Positions 1 through 14,520 are shown, counted from the first letter of the stretch. The stretch is DNA of 64,000 nucleotides from Enterobacter vonholyi (GCF_008364555.1 NZ_VTUC01000008.1:1-64000); one strand, 5' to 3'. The notes: generated by a model not told the origin, from the sequence alone. Made by a program: numbers and translations.

Positions 1-65
1 TCGGGTGTGTAAGCGCAGCGATGCGTTGAGCTAACCGATACTAATGAACCGTGAGGCTTAACCTT
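1..65 (+). rRNA. rrl: 23S rRNA 3' end (partial)
   Basis: Sequence ...GTAAGCGCAGCGATGCGTTGAGCTAACC..TGAACCGTGAGGCTTAACCTT matches the conserved enterobacterial 23S 3' terminus; window starts inside the gene. Confidence 0.85.
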
Positions 66-134
66 ACAACGCCGAAGGTGTTTTGGCGAAGAGACAGAAC
101 AATCAATTTCAGCCTGATACAGATTAACAGAATT

Positions 135-254
135 TGCCTGGCGGCTTTAGCGCGGTGGTCCCACCTGACCCCATGCCGAACTCAGAAGTGAAACGCCGTA
201 GCGCCGATGGTAGTGTGGGGTCTCCCCATGTGAGAGTAGGGAACTGCCAGGCAT
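135..254 (+). rRNA. rrf: 5S rRNA
   Basis: 120 nt TGCCTGGCGGC...GGGAACTGCCAGGCAT, near-identical to E. coli 5S rRNA; correct spacing after 23S end. Confidence 0.95.
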
Positions 255-262
255 CAAACATA

Positions 263-298
263 AGAACCCCGTACCGAAAGGTGCGGGGTTTTTTGCTT
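263..298 (+). terminator. rrn operon rho-independent terminator
   Basis: Hairpin AACCCCGTACCGAAAGGTGCGGGGTT followed by TTTTTTGCTTTT. Confidence 0.7.
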
Positions 299-306
299 TT
301 GTTTTT

Positions 307-341
307 CACCCTCTCCCTGTGGGAGAGAGACGGGGTGAGGG
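307..341. repeat. REP-type palindromic unit (CCCTCTCCC-N4-GGGAGAG...GGTGAGGG family)
   Basis: CACCCTCTCCCTGTGGGAGAGAGACGGGGTGAGGG; same motif recurs at 4621, 6421, 31929/31980, 42150, 57559/57617, 63456. Confidence 0.6.
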
Positions 342-475
342 CATCAAACCGTACCATTCTCTCCTTGAAACTTTCTCACCTTCCGCTTGCAGACTCGACA
401 TTCAAACCGTTTCTGGGTATCGTTAGCTATCTGGATGTCTAAACGTTTATACGTATGCTGTGAGGATATAAAGCT

Positions 476-1405
476 ATGCCGATTCGGGTGCAGGACGAGC
501 TACCAGCCGTCAATTTCTTGCGTGAAGAAAATGTCTTTGTCATGACGACTTCACGTGCGACAGGTCAGGAAATTCGCCCGCTGAAGGTGCTTATTCTCAA
601 TCTGATGCCGAAGAAGATCGAAACAGAAAATCAGTTCCTGCGTCTGCTGTCGAACTCCCCGCTGCAGGTTGATATTCAGCTGCTGCGGATCGATGCCCGT
701 GAGTCTCGCAACACGCCTTCTGAGCACCTGAACAACTTCTACTGCAACTTTGATGACATTCAGGGTGAAAATTTTGATGGATTGATTGTGACCGGCGCCC
801 CGCTCGGCCTGGTGGAATTTAACGATGTCGCTTACTGGCCGCAGATCAAACAGGTGCTGGAATGGGCAAAAGATCACGTCACGTCCACGCTGTTTGTCTG
901 TTGGGCGGTACAAGCCGCACTGAATATTCTGTATGGCATCCCCAAGCAAACCCGCACTGAAAAGCTCTCCGGCGTATACGAACACCATATTCTCCATCCC
1001 CATGCGTTGCTGACGCGCGGGTTTGATGATTCTTTCCTGGCTCCGCATTCTCGCTACGCTGACTTCCCGGCCCAGCTGATTCGTGATTACACCGATCTGG
1101 AGATCCTGGCCGAAACGGAAGATGGGGACGCTTACCTGTTTGCCAGTAAAGATAAGCGCATTGCCTTTGTGACCGGACATCCTGAGTACGATCCGCACAC
1201 CCTTGCGTCAGAGTATTTCCGTGATGTCGAAGCGGGTCTTAACCCGGATGTCCCGTACAACTATTTCCCGAAAGACGATCCACAAAACAAACCGAGAGCT
1301 ACCTGGCGCAGCCACGGGAATTTGCTTTTTACTAACTGGCTCAACTATTACGTCTACCAGATAACACCATACGATCTGCGTCACATGAATCCAACGCTGG
1401 AGTAA
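476..1405 (+). CDS. metA: homoserine O-succinyltransferase
   Basis: 309 aa ORF; [28 protein letters not shown]... essentially collinear with E. coli MetA. Confidence 0.95.
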   Translation: MPIRVQDELPAVNFLREENVFVMTTSRATGQEIRPLKVLILNLMPKKIETENQFLRLLSNSPLQVDIQLLRIDARESRNTPSEHLNNFYCNFDDIQGENFDGLIVTGAPLGLVEFNDVAYWPQIKQVLEWAKDHVTSTLFVCWAVQAALNILYGIPKQTRTEKLSGVYEHHILHPHALLTRGFDDSFLAPHSRYADFPAQLIRDYTDLEILAETEDGDAYLFASKDKRIAFVTGHPEYDPHTLASEYFRDVEAGLNPDVPYNYFPKDDPQNKPRATWRSHGNLLFTNWLNYYVYQITPYDLRHMNPTLE

Positions 1406-1449
1406 TCGTCTGCACTAAACGATCCTAAAGCGTTTCAGCTATTCAAATC

Positions 1450-1473
1450 AGGCACCTTCGGGTGCCTTTTTTA
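1450..1473 (+). terminator. metA terminator
   Basis: AGGCACCTTCGGGTGCCT hairpin + TTTTTTAT. Confidence 0.6.
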
Positions 1474-1549
1474 TTTCCGAAATATAACTCACCACGCTGC
1501 AAAACTTTAATCTTAATAAAATCAATAAATTAATAACCATTTATAATTA

Positions 1550-1572
1550 AAATGGAAATTGTTTTTGATTTT
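1550..1572 (+). promoter_or_regulatory. aceB promoter IclR operator region
   Basis: AATGGAAATTGTTTTTGATTT in AT-rich region upstream of aceB, matches the E. coli aceBAK IclR box region. Confidence 0.4.
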
Positions 1573-1675
1573 AGAAGAAATAGAGATAGTCTTAATTCTG
1601 CTGAGCGAAAACTACCCAACGATCTTTCGTTCGCATCGGGAGCGTGATTTTGGATCTTTGATGAGGAGCAGAGTA

Positions 1676-3277
1676 ATGACTCAACAGGCAACGACGGTCG
1701 ATGAACTGGCCTTTACCCAGCCGTATGGTGAGCAAGAACAGCAGGTATTGACGGCAGAAGCGGTAGAATTTCTGACTGAACTGGTGACCCGCTTTACGCC
1801 GCAGCGTAATAAGCTGCTGGCGGCACGCATTCATCAGCAGCAGGAAATTGATAACGGCAAGTTGCCTGGTTTTATTTCGGAAACCGCTTCCATTCGCCGT
1901 GGCGAGTGGAAAATCCGCGGCATCCCTGAAGATTTACAGGATCGTCGCGTTGAGATCACCGGTCCGGTAGAGCGAAAAATGGTGATCAACGCCATGAACG
2001 CGAACGTTAAGGTCTTCATGGCCGATTTTGAAGATTCCCTGGCGCCGGACTGGCGTAAGGTCATCGAGGGGCAGATCAACCTGCGCGACGCCGTGAACGG
2101 CACCATCAGCTATACCAACGAAGCCGGTAAAATTTACCAGCTCAAACCGAACCCGGCGGTGCTGATCTGCCGCGTGCGCGGCCTGCACCTGCCTGAAAAA
2201 CATGTCACCTGGCGTGGGGAAGCCATTCCGGGCAGCCTGTTTGATTTCGCGCTCTATTTCTTCCACAACTATAAAGCCCTGCTGGCGAAGGGCAGCGGCC
2301 CGTATTTCTATCTGCCTAAAACGCAGGCCTGGCAGGAAGCAGCCTGGTGGAGCGAGGTCTTCAGCTACGCGGAAGATCGTTTCAATCTGCCGCGCGGCAC
2401 CATCAAAGCTACCCTACTGATTGAAACGCTGCCTGCCGTATTCCAGATGAATGAAATTCTGCACGCCCTGCGTGACCACATTGTCGGTCTGAACTGCGGA
2501 CGCTGGGACTATATTTTCAGCTACATCAAAACCCTGAAAAACTATCCCGATCGCGTGCTTCCGGATCGCCAGGTCGTGACCATGGATAAACCGTTCCTGA
2601 GCGCCTACTCGCGTCTGCTGATCAAAACCTGCCACAAGCGCGGCGCCTTTGCGATGGGCGGCATGGCGGCTTTTATCCCAAGCAAAGACGCAGAGCGCAA
2701 CAATCAGGTGCTCAACAAGGTGAAAGCCGATAAAGAGCTTGAAGCCCGTAACGGTCACGACGGCACGTGGATTGCGCATCCCGGCCTGGCCGATACGGCA
2801 ATGGAGGTCTTCAACCGCGTCCTCGGTGACAACAAAAACCAGCTGTTTGTCACACGTGAAGACGATGCCCCAACGGCTGAAGAACAGCTGCTGGCCCCGT
2901 GCGCGGGCGAACGGACGGAAGAGGGGATGCGGGCCAATATCCGCGTTGCGGTGCAGTACATCGAAGCGTGGATCTCCGGCAACGGCTGCGTGCCGATCTA
3001 CGGCCTGATGGAAGATGCCGCGACGGCGGAGATCTCACGAACCTCTATCTGGCAGTGGATCCACCATCAAAAAACGCTCAGCAACGGCAAACCGGTAACC
3101 AAGACCCTGTTCCGCCAGATGCTCGCCGAAGAGATGCGGGTGATCCAGGACGAGCTGGGCGAACACCGCTTCAGCAGCGGACGCTTTGACGACGCCGCGC
3201 GCCTGATGGAGCAAATCACCACATCAGATGACTTAATCGACTTCCTGACCCTGCCGGGCTACCGCTTCCTGGCGTAA
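1676..3277 (+). CDS. aceB: malate synthase A
   Basis: ORF 1559..3277; internal ATG at 1676 gives [20 protein letters not shown]..., matching E. coli AceB N-terminus and length (533 aa). Confidence 0.95.
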   Translation: MTQQATTVDELAFTQPYGEQEQQVLTAEAVEFLTELVTRFTPQRNKLLAARIHQQQEIDNGKLPGFISETASIRRGEWKIRGIPEDLQDRRVEITGPVERKMVINAMNANVKVFMADFEDSLAPDWRKVIEGQINLRDAVNGTISYTNEAGKIYQLKPNPAVLICRVRGLHLPEKHVTWRGEAIPGSLFDFALYFFHNYKALLAKGSGPYFYLPKTQAWQEAAWWSEVFSYAEDRFNLPRGTIKATLLIETLPAVFQMNEILHALRDHIVGLNCGRWDYIFSYIKTLKNYPDRVLPDRQVVTMDKPFLSAYSRLLIKTCHKRGAFAMGGMAAFIPSKDAERNNQVLNKVKADKELEARNGHDGTWIAHPGLADTAMEVFNRVLGDNKNQLFVTREDDAPTAEEQLLAPCAGERTEEGMRANIRVAVQYIEAWISGNGCVPIYGLMEDAATAEISRTSIWQWIHHQKTLSNGKPVTKTLFRQMLAEEMRVIQDELGEHRFSSGRFDDAARLMEQITTSDDLIDFLTLPGYRFLA

Positions 3278-3308
3278 TCCACCACATAACAATATGGAGC
3301 ATCTGCAC

Positions 3309-4613
3309 ATGAAAACCCGTACCCAACAAATCGAAGAATTGAAGAAAGAGTGGACACAACCTCGCTGGGAAGGCATCCGCCGTCCTTACAGCGCTGAGGA
3401 AGTGGTGAAATTACGCGGCTCGGTCAATCCGGAATGCACGCTGGCGCAAAATGGCGCGGCGAAAATGTGGAAGCTGCTGCACGGCGGTTCCAAAAAAGGC
3501 TACATCAACAGCCTCGGCGCGCTGACCGGCGGTCAGGCCCTGCAGCAGGCGAAGGCGGGCATTGAGGCTATTTACCTCTCCGGCTGGCAGGTCGCGGCGG
3601 ACGCCAATCTTGCCTCAAGCATGTACCCGGATCAGTCGCTCTATCCGGCTAACTCCGTGCCGTCGGTCGTGGATCGGATCAACAACACCTTCCGCCGTGC
3701 GGATCAGATCCAGTGGGCAGCGGGCATCGAACCTGGCGATCCGCGCTTTATTGACTACTTCCTGCCGATCGTTGCGGATGCGGAAGCGGGCTTCGGCGGC
3801 GTGCTGAACGCCTTTGAGCTGATGAAATCGATGATTGAAGCCGGTGCAGCGGCCGTTCACTTCGAAGACCAGCTGGCGTCAGTGAAGAAGTGTGGACATA
3901 TGGGCGGTAAGGTGCTGGTTCCTACACAGGAAGCGGTTCAGAAGCTGGTTGCCGCGCGTCTGGCTGCTGACGTGCTCGGCGTGCCGACGCTGGTCATTGC
4001 CCGTACCGATGCGGACGCGGCTGACCTGATCACCTCTGACTGCGATCCGTACGACAGCGAGTTCATCACCGGCGAGCGCACCAGCGAAGGGTTCTATCGT
4101 ACCCATGCGGGTATTGAGCAGGCGATCAGCCGCGGTCTGGCGTACGCGCCGTACGCGGACCTGGTCTGGTGTGAAACCTCTACGCCGGATCTGGCGCTGG
4201 CAAAACGCTTTGCCGACGCCATTCATGCGAAGTACCCGGGCAAGCTGCTGGCCTACAACTGCTCGCCGTCCTTCAATTGGCAGAAAAAGCTGGATGACAA
4301 AACCATCGCTAGCTTCCAGCAGCAGCTGTCCGACATGGGCTACAAATACCAGTTCATTACGCTGGCAGGCATCCACAGCATGTGGTTCAACATGTTCGAC
4401 CTGGCGCACGCCTATGCGCAGGGTGAGGGCATGAAGCACTACGTTGAGAAAGTGCAGCAGCCGGAATTTGCGGCGGGCAAAGATGGTTATACCTTCGTCT
4501 CTCACCAGCAGGAAGTGGGCACCGGCTACTTTGATAATGTGACCACGATTATTCAGGGCGGCACCTCCTCCGTCACCGCCTTAACGGGTTCAACGGAAGA
4601 AGCACAGTTCTAA
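3309..4613 (+). CDS. aceA: isocitrate lyase
   Basis: [23 protein letters not shown]... 434 aa, collinear with E. coli AceA; KKCGHMGGK active-site motif present. Confidence 0.95.
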   Translation: MKTRTQQIEELKKEWTQPRWEGIRRPYSAEEVVKLRGSVNPECTLAQNGAAKMWKLLHGGSKKGYINSLGALTGGQALQQAKAGIEAIYLSGWQVAADANLASSMYPDQSLYPANSVPSVVDRINNTFRRADQIQWAAGIEPGDPRFIDYFLPIVADAEAGFGGVLNAFELMKSMIEAGAAAVHFEDQLASVKKCGHMGGKVLVPTQEAVQKLVAARLAADVLGVPTLVIARTDADAADLITSDCDPYDSEFITGERTSEGFYRTHAGIEQAISRGLAYAPYADLVWCETSTPDLALAKRFADAIHAKYPGKLLAYNCSPSFNWQKKLDDKTIASFQQQLSDMGYKYQFITLAGIHSMWFNMFDLAHAYAQGEGMKHYVEKVQQPEFAAGKDGYTFVSHQQEVGTGYFDNVTTIIQGGTSSVTALTGSTEEAQF

Positions 4614-4620
4614 TCTTTTC

Positions 4621-4659
4621 CCCCTCTCCCCCCTGGGGAGAGGGCTGGTGGTGAGGGGG
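4621..4659. repeat. REP palindromic unit
   Basis: CCCCTCTCCCCCCTGGGGAGAGGGCTGGTGGTGAGGGGGA in aceA-aceK spacer (E. coli also has a REP here). Confidence 0.6.
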
Positions 4660-4664
4660 AATAT

Positions 4665-6404
4665 ATGTCACGTGGCCTGGAATTACTGATTGCCCAAACT
4701 ATTTTGCAGGGCTTCGATGCCCAGTATGGTCGTTTTCTTGAAGTGACCTCCGGCGCGCAGCAGCGCTTCGAACATGCAGACTGGCATGCGGTTCAGCAGG
4801 CCATGAAGCAGCGTATCCATCTTTATGACCACCACGTGGGTCTGGTGGTGGAGCAGCTGCGCTGTATTACCGACGGTAAAAGTCCGGACGCGGAATTTTT
4901 ACTGCGCGTAAAAGAGCATTACACCCATTTGTTACCCGACTACCCGCGCTTCGAGATTGCGGAGAGCTTTTTCAACTCCGTCTATTGCCGGTTATTTGAC
5001 CACCGCTCATTATCTCCTGAGCGGTTATTTATCTTCAGCTCCCAGCCCGAGCGGCGCTTTCGTAACATTCCGCGTCCACTGGCGAAAGATTTCTTTCCCG
5101 ATCGCGGATGGGAAAAGCTCCTGCACCGCGTGCTAACGGATTTGCCGCTGCGCCTGCCCTGGGAGAATAAAACTCGGGATATCGGGTATATCCACGCCCA
5201 TCTCAACGAAACTTTCGGCGCGGAGGTGCTCAGCCGCAGCCATTTGCAGGTTGCCAACGAGCTTTTCTACCGCAATAAAGCTGCCTGGATGGTGGGTAAA
5301 CTGGTTACCCCTACGGCCATCGTGCCGTTTCTGTTACCGATCCACCGTACAGACGACGGGGAACTGTTTGTCGATACCTGCCTGACCACCGGCGCCGAGG
5401 CCAGCATCGTGTTTGGCTTCGCACGCTCCTATTTTATGGTCTATGCACCGTTACCTGCCGCGCTGGTGGAGTGGCTGCGCGAGATCCTGCCGGGTAAAAC
5501 CACGGCAGAGCTGTATATGGCCATCGGTTGCCAGAAGCACGCCAAAACGGAAAGCTACCGGGAATACTTGCGCTATGTCACCACGGCCGATGAGCAGTTC
5601 ATCGAAGCGCCCGGCATTCGCGGCATGGTGATGCTGGTGTTTACGCTGCCGGGTTTCGACCGGGTATTTAAGGTGATCAAAGACAGATTCGCGCCGCAGA
5701 AAGAGATGACCGCCGCGCACGTCCGCGCCTGCTACCAGCTGGTTAAGGAACACGACCGCGTCGGTCGCATGGCGGATACCCAGGAATTCGAAAACTTTGT
5801 GCTGGATAAGCAGCAGATCGACCCGGCGCTCATGGCGCTGTTAATGCAGGAAGCTCCCGCGAAAATCACCGATTTGGGTGATAAAATCGTGATTAGCCAT
5901 CTCTATATTGAACGCCGCATGGTGCCGCTGAATATCTGGCTGGAGCAGTCCGAAGGTCAGGCTTTAAGAGATGCGATTGAAGAGTACGGCAACGCGATTC
6001 GCCAGCTTGCCGCCGCCAATATCTTCCCGGGCGATATGCTGTTCAAAAACTTCGGCGTTACCCGTCACGGGCGGGTGGTGTTCTACGATTACGACGAAAT
6101 TTGCTACATGACTGAAGTGAATTTCCGCGATATCCCACCGCCCCGCTACCCGGAAGATGAGCTTTCCGGTGAGCCGTGGTACAGCGTCTCGCCGGGCGAT
6201 GTTTTTCCCGAAGAGTTTCGCCACTGGCTGTGCGCCGACCCGCGCATCGGGCCGCTATTCGAAGAAATGCATGAGGATCTGTTCCGTGCCAGCTACTGGC
6301 GCGGGCTGCAAACGCGGATCAAAAATGGGCACGTGGAAGATGTGTATGCATATCGGCGTAAGCAGCGGTTTTGCATCCGGTTTTCTCCCTCGCTCGCAGG
6401 GTAA
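4665..6404 (+). CDS. aceK: isocitrate dehydrogenase kinase/phosphatase
   Basis: 579 aa, [35 protein letters not shown]... collinear with E. coli AceK except the last ~8 residues. Confidence 0.95.
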   Translation: MSRGLELLIAQTILQGFDAQYGRFLEVTSGAQQRFEHADWHAVQQAMKQRIHLYDHHVGLVVEQLRCITDGKSPDAEFLLRVKEHYTHLLPDYPRFEIAESFFNSVYCRLFDHRSLSPERLFIFSSQPERRFRNIPRPLAKDFFPDRGWEKLLHRVLTDLPLRLPWENKTRDIGYIHAHLNETFGAEVLSRSHLQVANELFYRNKAAWMVGKLVTPTAIVPFLLPIHRTDDGELFVDTCLTTGAEASIVFGFARSYFMVYAPLPAALVEWLREILPGKTTAELYMAIGCQKHAKTESYREYLRYVTTADEQFIEAPGIRGMVMLVFTLPGFDRVFKVIKDRFAPQKEMTAAHVRACYQLVKEHDRVGRMADTQEFENFVLDKQQIDPALMALLMQEAPAKITDLGDKIVISHLYIERRMVPLNIWLEQSEGQALRDAIEEYGNAIRQLAAANIFPGDMLFKNFGVTRHGRVVFYDYDEICYMTEVNFRDIPPPRYPEDELSGEPWYSVSPGDVFPEEFRHWLCADPRIGPLFEEMHEDLFRASYWRGLQTRIKNGHVEDVYAYRRKQRFCIRFSPSLAG

Positions 6405-6420
6405 GGGCGTTATGTTTTCT

Positions 6421-6459
6421 CCCTCTCCCTGTGGGAGAGGGCCGGGGTGAGGGCGTCAG
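6421..6459. repeat. REP palindromic unit
   Basis: CCCTCTCCCTGTGGGAGAGGGCCGGGGTGAGGGCGTCAGG between aceK and iclR. Confidence 0.6.
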
Positions 6460-6472
6460 GCCGCACTCAATC

Positions 6473-7300
6473 TTAACGAATCCCACCGTACGCCAGCGTC
6501 ACCTCTTTCGCCGCCTTAATCACCAGCGCACCCAGTTCGGTCACGCGGTCATCGGTCATGCGCGAAATCGGTCCGGAGATGGAGATGGCGGCAAACGGCT
6601 CGCGGTGCTCGTCAAAAATACAGGCTGCGATACAGCGCAGGCCGAGGGCGTGCTCCTCGTCGTCAAACGAATAGCCGCGCTTGCGGGTCAGAGCAAGATC
6701 TTCTTTTAAATGCACGGGCGAGACCAGGGTGGCGTGGGTATAGGCGTGTAGCCCTTTACGGTGCAGCAGGCCCGTCACCTGCTCTTCGCTCAGCTGCGAG
6801 AGAAATGCCTTTCCCGCGCCGGAGGCGTGCATCGGCAGCTTGCCGCCAATCGGCGCGGACATGCGCATCAGCTGCGTGCACTGCACCTGGTCGATGATAA
6901 TCGCCTGATGGTCGCTCTGGTCCAGCACCGCCAGGTTTACGGTCTCGCCGGAGTCCTCCATCAGCTTGCGCAGAATCGGGTGAACAATCGCCAGCAGGTT
7001 GCGGCTCTGCAGGAAGCTGCTGCCAACGATAAATGCATGCGCGCCCACCGCCCAGTGCCCCAGCTCGCCCACCTGGCGGACAAAGCCCAGCTGCTGCATG
7101 GTGGTCAGAAGACGGTGCGTCGTGGAGTTCGGCAGGCCAGCCTGCTGGGCAAGCTCCGTCAGGGCCACGCTGCTGTGCGACTCGGCTATCCACTCCAGCA
7201 GCTTCAAACCGCGCGTGAGCGATTGAACCTGTCCGCCCTGTTGTGCGGTGGTGGCAGCAGCAGGTTTTCTGCCGCGTTTAGCGGGAACGGTCGCGACCAT
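6473..7300 (-). CDS. iclR: glyoxylate bypass repressor IclR
   Basis: ORF 6473..7333; internal start MVATVPAKRGRKPAAATTAQQGGQVQSLTRGL... matches E. coli IclR (274 aa). Confidence 0.9.
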   Translation of the reverse strand: MVATVPAKRGRKPAAATTAQQGGQVQSLTRGLKLLEWIAESHSSVALTELAQQAGLPNSTTHRLLTTMQQLGFVRQVGELGHWAVGAHAFIVGSSFLQSRNLLAIVHPILRKLMEDSGETVNLAVLDQSDHQAIIIDQVQCTQLMRMSAPIGGKLPMHASGAGKAFLSQLSEEQVTGLLHRKGLHAYTHATLVSPVHLKEDLALTRKRGYSFDDEEHALGLRCIAACIFDEHREPFAAISISGPISRMTDDRVTELGALVIKAAKEVTLAYGGIR

Positions 7301-7493
7301 GACGATCTCCTTTTTCTGTATTGTGGAAATCATTTTCGTTTTATTTGGTGAATTTGCAACCGTTATCCTGACTGATCGGAGGAGTGATGGTGAACATGTC
7401 TCATGTTACCGCTGAGCGGCTTTTCCACCCTGCGAGATTGTGCCAGTATGGAACGCAGCCTTTTGGCCTTGTTGAGCGTTGTCGGGAGCAAGT

Positions 7494-11177
<3,684 letters not shown>

Positions 11178-11200
11178 CGTCACTTTTCCTTACAACAAAC

Positions 11201-11225
11201 AGGGCACCTCAAGGGTGCCTTGTCT
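11201..11225 (+). terminator. metH downstream hairpin (weak terminator)
   Basis: AGGGCACCTCAAGGGTGCCTTGTCTC; hairpin without a clean U-tract. Confidence 0.35.
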
Positions 11226-11293
11226 CATTCTTACGCTTAAACCCTTATACTGAACCTATGGAAAACGAATAACGATAAGGAGGAAAACCTTCC

Positions 11294-12925
11294 GTGCTGA
11301 CCTTGTTACACCTGCTTTCCGCAGTCGCACTGCTCGTATGGGGCACCCATATCGTTCGTACCGGCGTGATGCGCGTTTTTGGGGCGCGCTTGCGTACCGT
11401 TCTCAGCAGCAGCGTTGAGAAGAAGCCGCTCGCCTTCTGCGCGGGTATTGGCGTAACGGCACTGGTGCAGAGCAGTAACGCCACAACCCTGCTTGTCACC
11501 TCCTTTGTGGCGCAGGATCTGGTTGCGCTGGCTCCGGCACTGGTCATTGTGCTGGGGGCCGACGTGGGGACCGCGCTGATGGCGCGTATCCTGACCTTCG
11601 ATCTCTCCTGGCTGTCGCCGCTGCTGATTTTTGTCGGCGTTATCTTCTTCCTCGGTCGCAAACAGACGCGCGCCGGGCAGCTAGGGCGCGTAGGGATTGG
11701 CCTGGGGCTGATTCTGCTGGCGCTGGAGCTGATTGTGCAGGCGGTCACCCCTATTACCGAGGCCAACGGCGTTCAGGTCATCTTCGCTTCCCTGACCGGG
11801 GACATCATGCTCGACGCGCTGATTGGCGCGGTGTTTGCCATCGTCAGCTACTCCAGCCTGGCCGCCGTGCTGCTGACGGCCACGCTTACCGCCGCCGGGG
11901 CGATCTCCTTCCCGGTGGCGCTGTGTCTGGTGATAGGTGCCAACCTCGGCTCTGGCCTGCTGGCGATGCTCAATAACAGCGCCGCCAACGCTGCCGCCCG
12001 CCGCGTGGCGCTCGGTAGCCTGCTGTTTAAGCTGGTGGGCAGCCTGATTATCCTGCCCTTTATCCATCCGCTGGCGAACCTGATGGACAACCTCCCGCTG
12101 CCGAAGGCGGAGCTGGTGATCTACTTCCACGTGTTCTACAACCTGGTGCGCTGCCTGGCGATGGTGCCTTTTGCCGGGCCGATGGCCCGCTTCTGCGAAC
12201 GACTCATTCAGGACGAACCGGAGCTGGATGCGCGCCTGAAGCCGAAGCACCTGGATACGTCCGCGCTGGATACCCCGGCACTGGCGCTGGCGAATGCCGC
12301 GCGCGAGACGCTGCGCATGGGCGACGCAATGGAAACCATGCTCGAAGGCCTGCAAAAGGTGATGCACGGCGAGCCGCGAGAGGAGAAAGAGCTGCGCAGA
12401 CTGGCGGACGATATCAACGTGCTCTATACCGCCATTAAGCTTTACCTGGCGCGAATGCCGCAGGACGAACTGGCGGAAGAGGAGTCCCGCCGCTGGGCGG
12501 AAATCATTGAGATGTCGCTTAACCTTGAGCAGGCCTCCGATATTGTTGAGCGCATGGGCAGCGAGATAGCCGATAAATCGCTGGCCGCACGCCGGGCGTT
12601 CTCCGTTGAAGGCTTAAAAGAGCTTGAAGCGCTGCACGAACAGCTGGTCAGCAACCTCAAGCTGGCGATGCTGGTCTTCTTTTCCAGCGACGTGCCGAGC
12701 GCGCGCCGCCTGCGCCGCAACAAGCATCGTTTCCGTATCTTGAACCGCCGCTATTCGCACGCCCACGTCGAGCGTCTGCATCAGCAGAACGTGCAGAGTA
12801 TTGAGACCAGCTCACTCCACCTGGGGCTGCTGGGCGATATGAAGCGTCTCAACTCGTTGTTCTGCGCGGTGGCCTACAGCGTGATGGAACAGCCGGATGA
12901 AGATGACGAGCGGGATGAGTATTAA
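11294..12925 (+). CDS. yjbB: Na/Pi-cotransporter-family membrane protein with PhoU-like domain
   Basis: 543 aa MLTLLHLLSAVALLVWGTHIVRTGVMRVFGARLRTVLS... collinear with E. coli YjbB. Confidence 0.9.
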   Translation: MLTLLHLLSAVALLVWGTHIVRTGVMRVFGARLRTVLSSSVEKKPLAFCAGIGVTALVQSSNATTLLVTSFVAQDLVALAPALVIVLGADVGTALMARILTFDLSWLSPLLIFVGVIFFLGRKQTRAGQLGRVGIGLGLILLALELIVQAVTPITEANGVQVIFASLTGDIMLDALIGAVFAIVSYSSLAAVLLTATLTAAGAISFPVALCLVIGANLGSGLLAMLNNSAANAAARRVALGSLLFKLVGSLIILPFIHPLANLMDNLPLPKAELVIYFHVFYNLVRCLAMVPFAGPMARFCERLIQDEPELDARLKPKHLDTSALDTPALALANAARETLRMGDAMETMLEGLQKVMHGEPREEKELRRLADDINVLYTAIKLYLARMPQDELAEEESRRWAEIIEMSLNLEQASDIVERMGSEIADKSLAARRAFSVEGLKELEALHEQLVSNLKLAMLVFFSSDVPSARRLRRNKHRFRILNRRYSHAHVERLHQQNVQSIETSSLHLGLLGDMKRLNSLFCAVAYSVMEQPDEDDERDEY

Positions 12926-12935
12926 TTTCTGAAAG

Positions 12936-12962
12936 CGCCTCGCAAAACCTTTTTGCGAGGCG
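12936..12962. terminator. 12-bp perfect stem hairpin after yjbB (terminator-like, no U-tract)
   Basis: CGCCTCGCAAAA-CCT-TTTTGCGAGGCG. Confidence 0.4.
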
Positions 12963-13177
12963 TGACACCTTATCAAGCGCATTTACACACTACACTTCGC
13001 CAATTCATGCGCATTCCGATGGGGGGCTCATGTGCACTACTCATGGCTGCACTGCAGGAGCAGTTTCGTGCGCATCAGCGCGCAGAGTGGTTAGCAGAAA
13101 ATAAAGTTTCTATCGAGGCCATTAACCAGTGGGTTGATGAAAACGGCTCCTTTAGCGACTTTCAGAGGTCGTTCTGA
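12962..13177 (+). CDS. CcdA-family antitoxin-like small protein (orphan, possibly vestigial)
   Basis: 71 aa from GTG 12962 (ORF-track TTG 12953). C-terminus RAHQRAEWLAENKVSIEAINQWVDENGSFSDFQRSF aligns with the F-plasmid CcdA C-terminal CcdB-binding region (RAERWKAENQEGMAEVARFIEMNGSFADENRDW). The start lies inside the hairpin, the N-terminal RHH part is weakly similar, and no ccdB follows. Confidence 0.4.
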   Translation: MTPYQAHLHTTLRQFMRIPMGGSCALLMAALQEQFRAHQRAEWLAENKVSIEAINQWVDENGSFSDFQRSF

Positions 13178-13344
13178 TGGAACAATAGGCAGGCATATCG
13201 CCAAAAGAGTTAGGCGAGCGTGTCGCCGATCTTACGCAAAACCGTGCTTCATTGCGGGATGCACTCGATTTTTTGAACAACGGTTACTAACACTTTTTTG
13301 TCAGCCGCAAGGTAAGGTATATTTCGCCCTTCACAGGAGAAACT

Positions 13345-14217
13345 ATGCTGCCAACTCAATCAACCCGATTAAACAAATACATTAGCGAGAGCGGGATCTG
13401 CTCACGTCGCGAGGCTGACCGTTACATTGAACAAGGTAACGTGTTTCTTAACGGCAAACGCGCCACCATCGGCGACCAGGTGGTCCCTGGCGATGTGGTT
13501 AAAGTGAATGGTCAGGTCATCGAACCGCGTGATGCTGAAGACCTGGTGTTTATCGCGTTGAACAAACCGGTTGGGATTGTCAGCACCACAGAAGACGGCG
13601 AGCGGGACAACATCGTAGATTTCGTGAACCACAGCAGCCGTATCTTCCCGATTGGCCGTCTGGATAAAGACTCTCAGGGGCTGATTTTCCTCACCAACCA
13701 CGGCGATCTGGTCAACAAGATCCTGCGTGCCGGTAACGATCACGAAAAAGAGTACATTGTGACGGTGAATAAACCGGTCACGGACGACTTTATTCGCGGC
13801 ATGGGCGCCGGTGTGCCGATCCTCGGTACCGTCACGAAAAAGTGTAAGGTGAAGAAAGAAGCGCCGTTCGCGTTCCGCATTACCCTGGTGCAGGGCTTAA
13901 ACCGCCAGATCCGCCGCATGTGCGAGTATTTCGGTTATGAAGTGACGAAGCTTGAGCGCACGCGCATCATGAACGTCAGCCTGTCCGGCATCCCGCTGGG
14001 TGAGTGGCGCGACTTAACGGACGACGAGCTGATCGAGCTGTTCAAGCTTATCGAGAACTCCTCGTCCGAAGCGAAGCCGAAGGCCAAAGCAAAACCGAAA
14101 GCTCAGGCGATTAAGCGCCCGGTCGTGAAGGCGCCGCAGGCGGAAGATAAAGGGCGAGGCAAGCCGGGCAACGGAAAACGCTTTACCCAGCCGGGGCGTA
14201 AAAAGAAAGGGCGCTGA
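13345..14217 (+). CDS. rluF: 23S rRNA pseudouridine2604 synthase
   Basis: 290 aa [46 protein letters not shown]... collinear with E. coli RluF, including the lysine-rich C-tail. Confidence 0.93.
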   Translation: MLPTQSTRLNKYISESGICSRREADRYIEQGNVFLNGKRATIGDQVVPGDVVKVNGQVIEPRDAEDLVFIALNKPVGIVSTTEDGERDNIVDFVNHSSRIFPIGRLDKDSQGLIFLTNHGDLVNKILRAGNDHEKEYIVTVNKPVTDDFIRGMGAGVPILGTVTKKCKVKKEAPFAFRITLVQGLNRQIRRMCEYFGYEVTKLERTRIMNVSLSGIPLGEWRDLTDDELIELFKLIENSSSEAKPKAKAKPKAQAIKRPVVKAPQAEDKGRGKPGNGKRFTQPGRKKKGR

Positions 14218-14490
14218 TTAGCGCCTTCCACGGGTTGATGTGGTGGCGGACCAGGAAAAGGTCGCTTCTGCATCAGGTTTATAAGCCTGCTCTTTTTTCA
14301 GCTTGCGGGCTTTTTTCGCTGCGGCATCACGCTGCGCCATCAGCTTGTCGATGTACTCTTTTTTCACCTGATTGGTTTCGGCGTTGGTCAGCGTGCGGCC
14401 ATGCGCGATGCGGGCGCGGTCGAGAAGCGTTTTCAGTTCGCGCTGCTCGGCTTCCGTCATGTCTTTCTGGGTCAAACGTGGTGTCGCCAT
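14218..14490 (-). CDS. yjbD: DUF3811 protein YjbD
   Basis: 90 aa MATPRLTQKDMTEAEQRELKTLLDRARIAHGRTLTNAETNQVKKEYIDKLM... matches E. coli YjbD. Confidence 0.85.
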   Translation of the reverse strand: MATPRLTQKDMTEAEQRELKTLLDRARIAHGRTLTNAETNQVKKEYIDKLMAQRDAAAKKARKLKKEQAYKPDAEATFSWSATTSTRGRR

Positions 14491-14492
14491 TG

Positions 14493-14520
14493 CTGAAGCC
14501 TCCTGAGAGAGAGGCTTCAG
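14493..14520 (-). terminator. 10-bp perfect-stem hairpin: terminator for upstream transporter gene / yjbD 5' UTR structure
   Basis: CTGAAGCCTC-CTGAGAGA-GAGGCTTCAG; on the minus strand it overlaps the yjbD SD (AGGAGG) 8 nt before the ATG. Confidence 0.5.

Noticed and set aside
124-442. ORFs of 77 and 102 aa overlapping the 5S rRNA gene, terminator and REP
   Set aside because: The region is unambiguously rRNA plus terminator plus REP. These are chance ORFs.
1559-1675. N-terminal extensions in the ORF track for aceB, ubiC, malE, malM, lamB, zntA, livJ/K, yhhL, ggt and rtcR
   Set aside because: In each case an internal start codon reproduces the conserved E. coli N-terminus or signal peptide, often with a better SD. 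The extensions run into promoters, terminators or neighbouring genes.
13134-13385. 83-aa ORF downstream of the ccdA-like gene as a possible CcdB toxin
   Set aside because: It shows no resemblance to CcdB (no MQFKVY...IDTPG-like motifs), is Arg/Cys-rich, overlaps the rluF start and promoter, and all three frames of the 167-bp spacer lack CcdB-like sequence.
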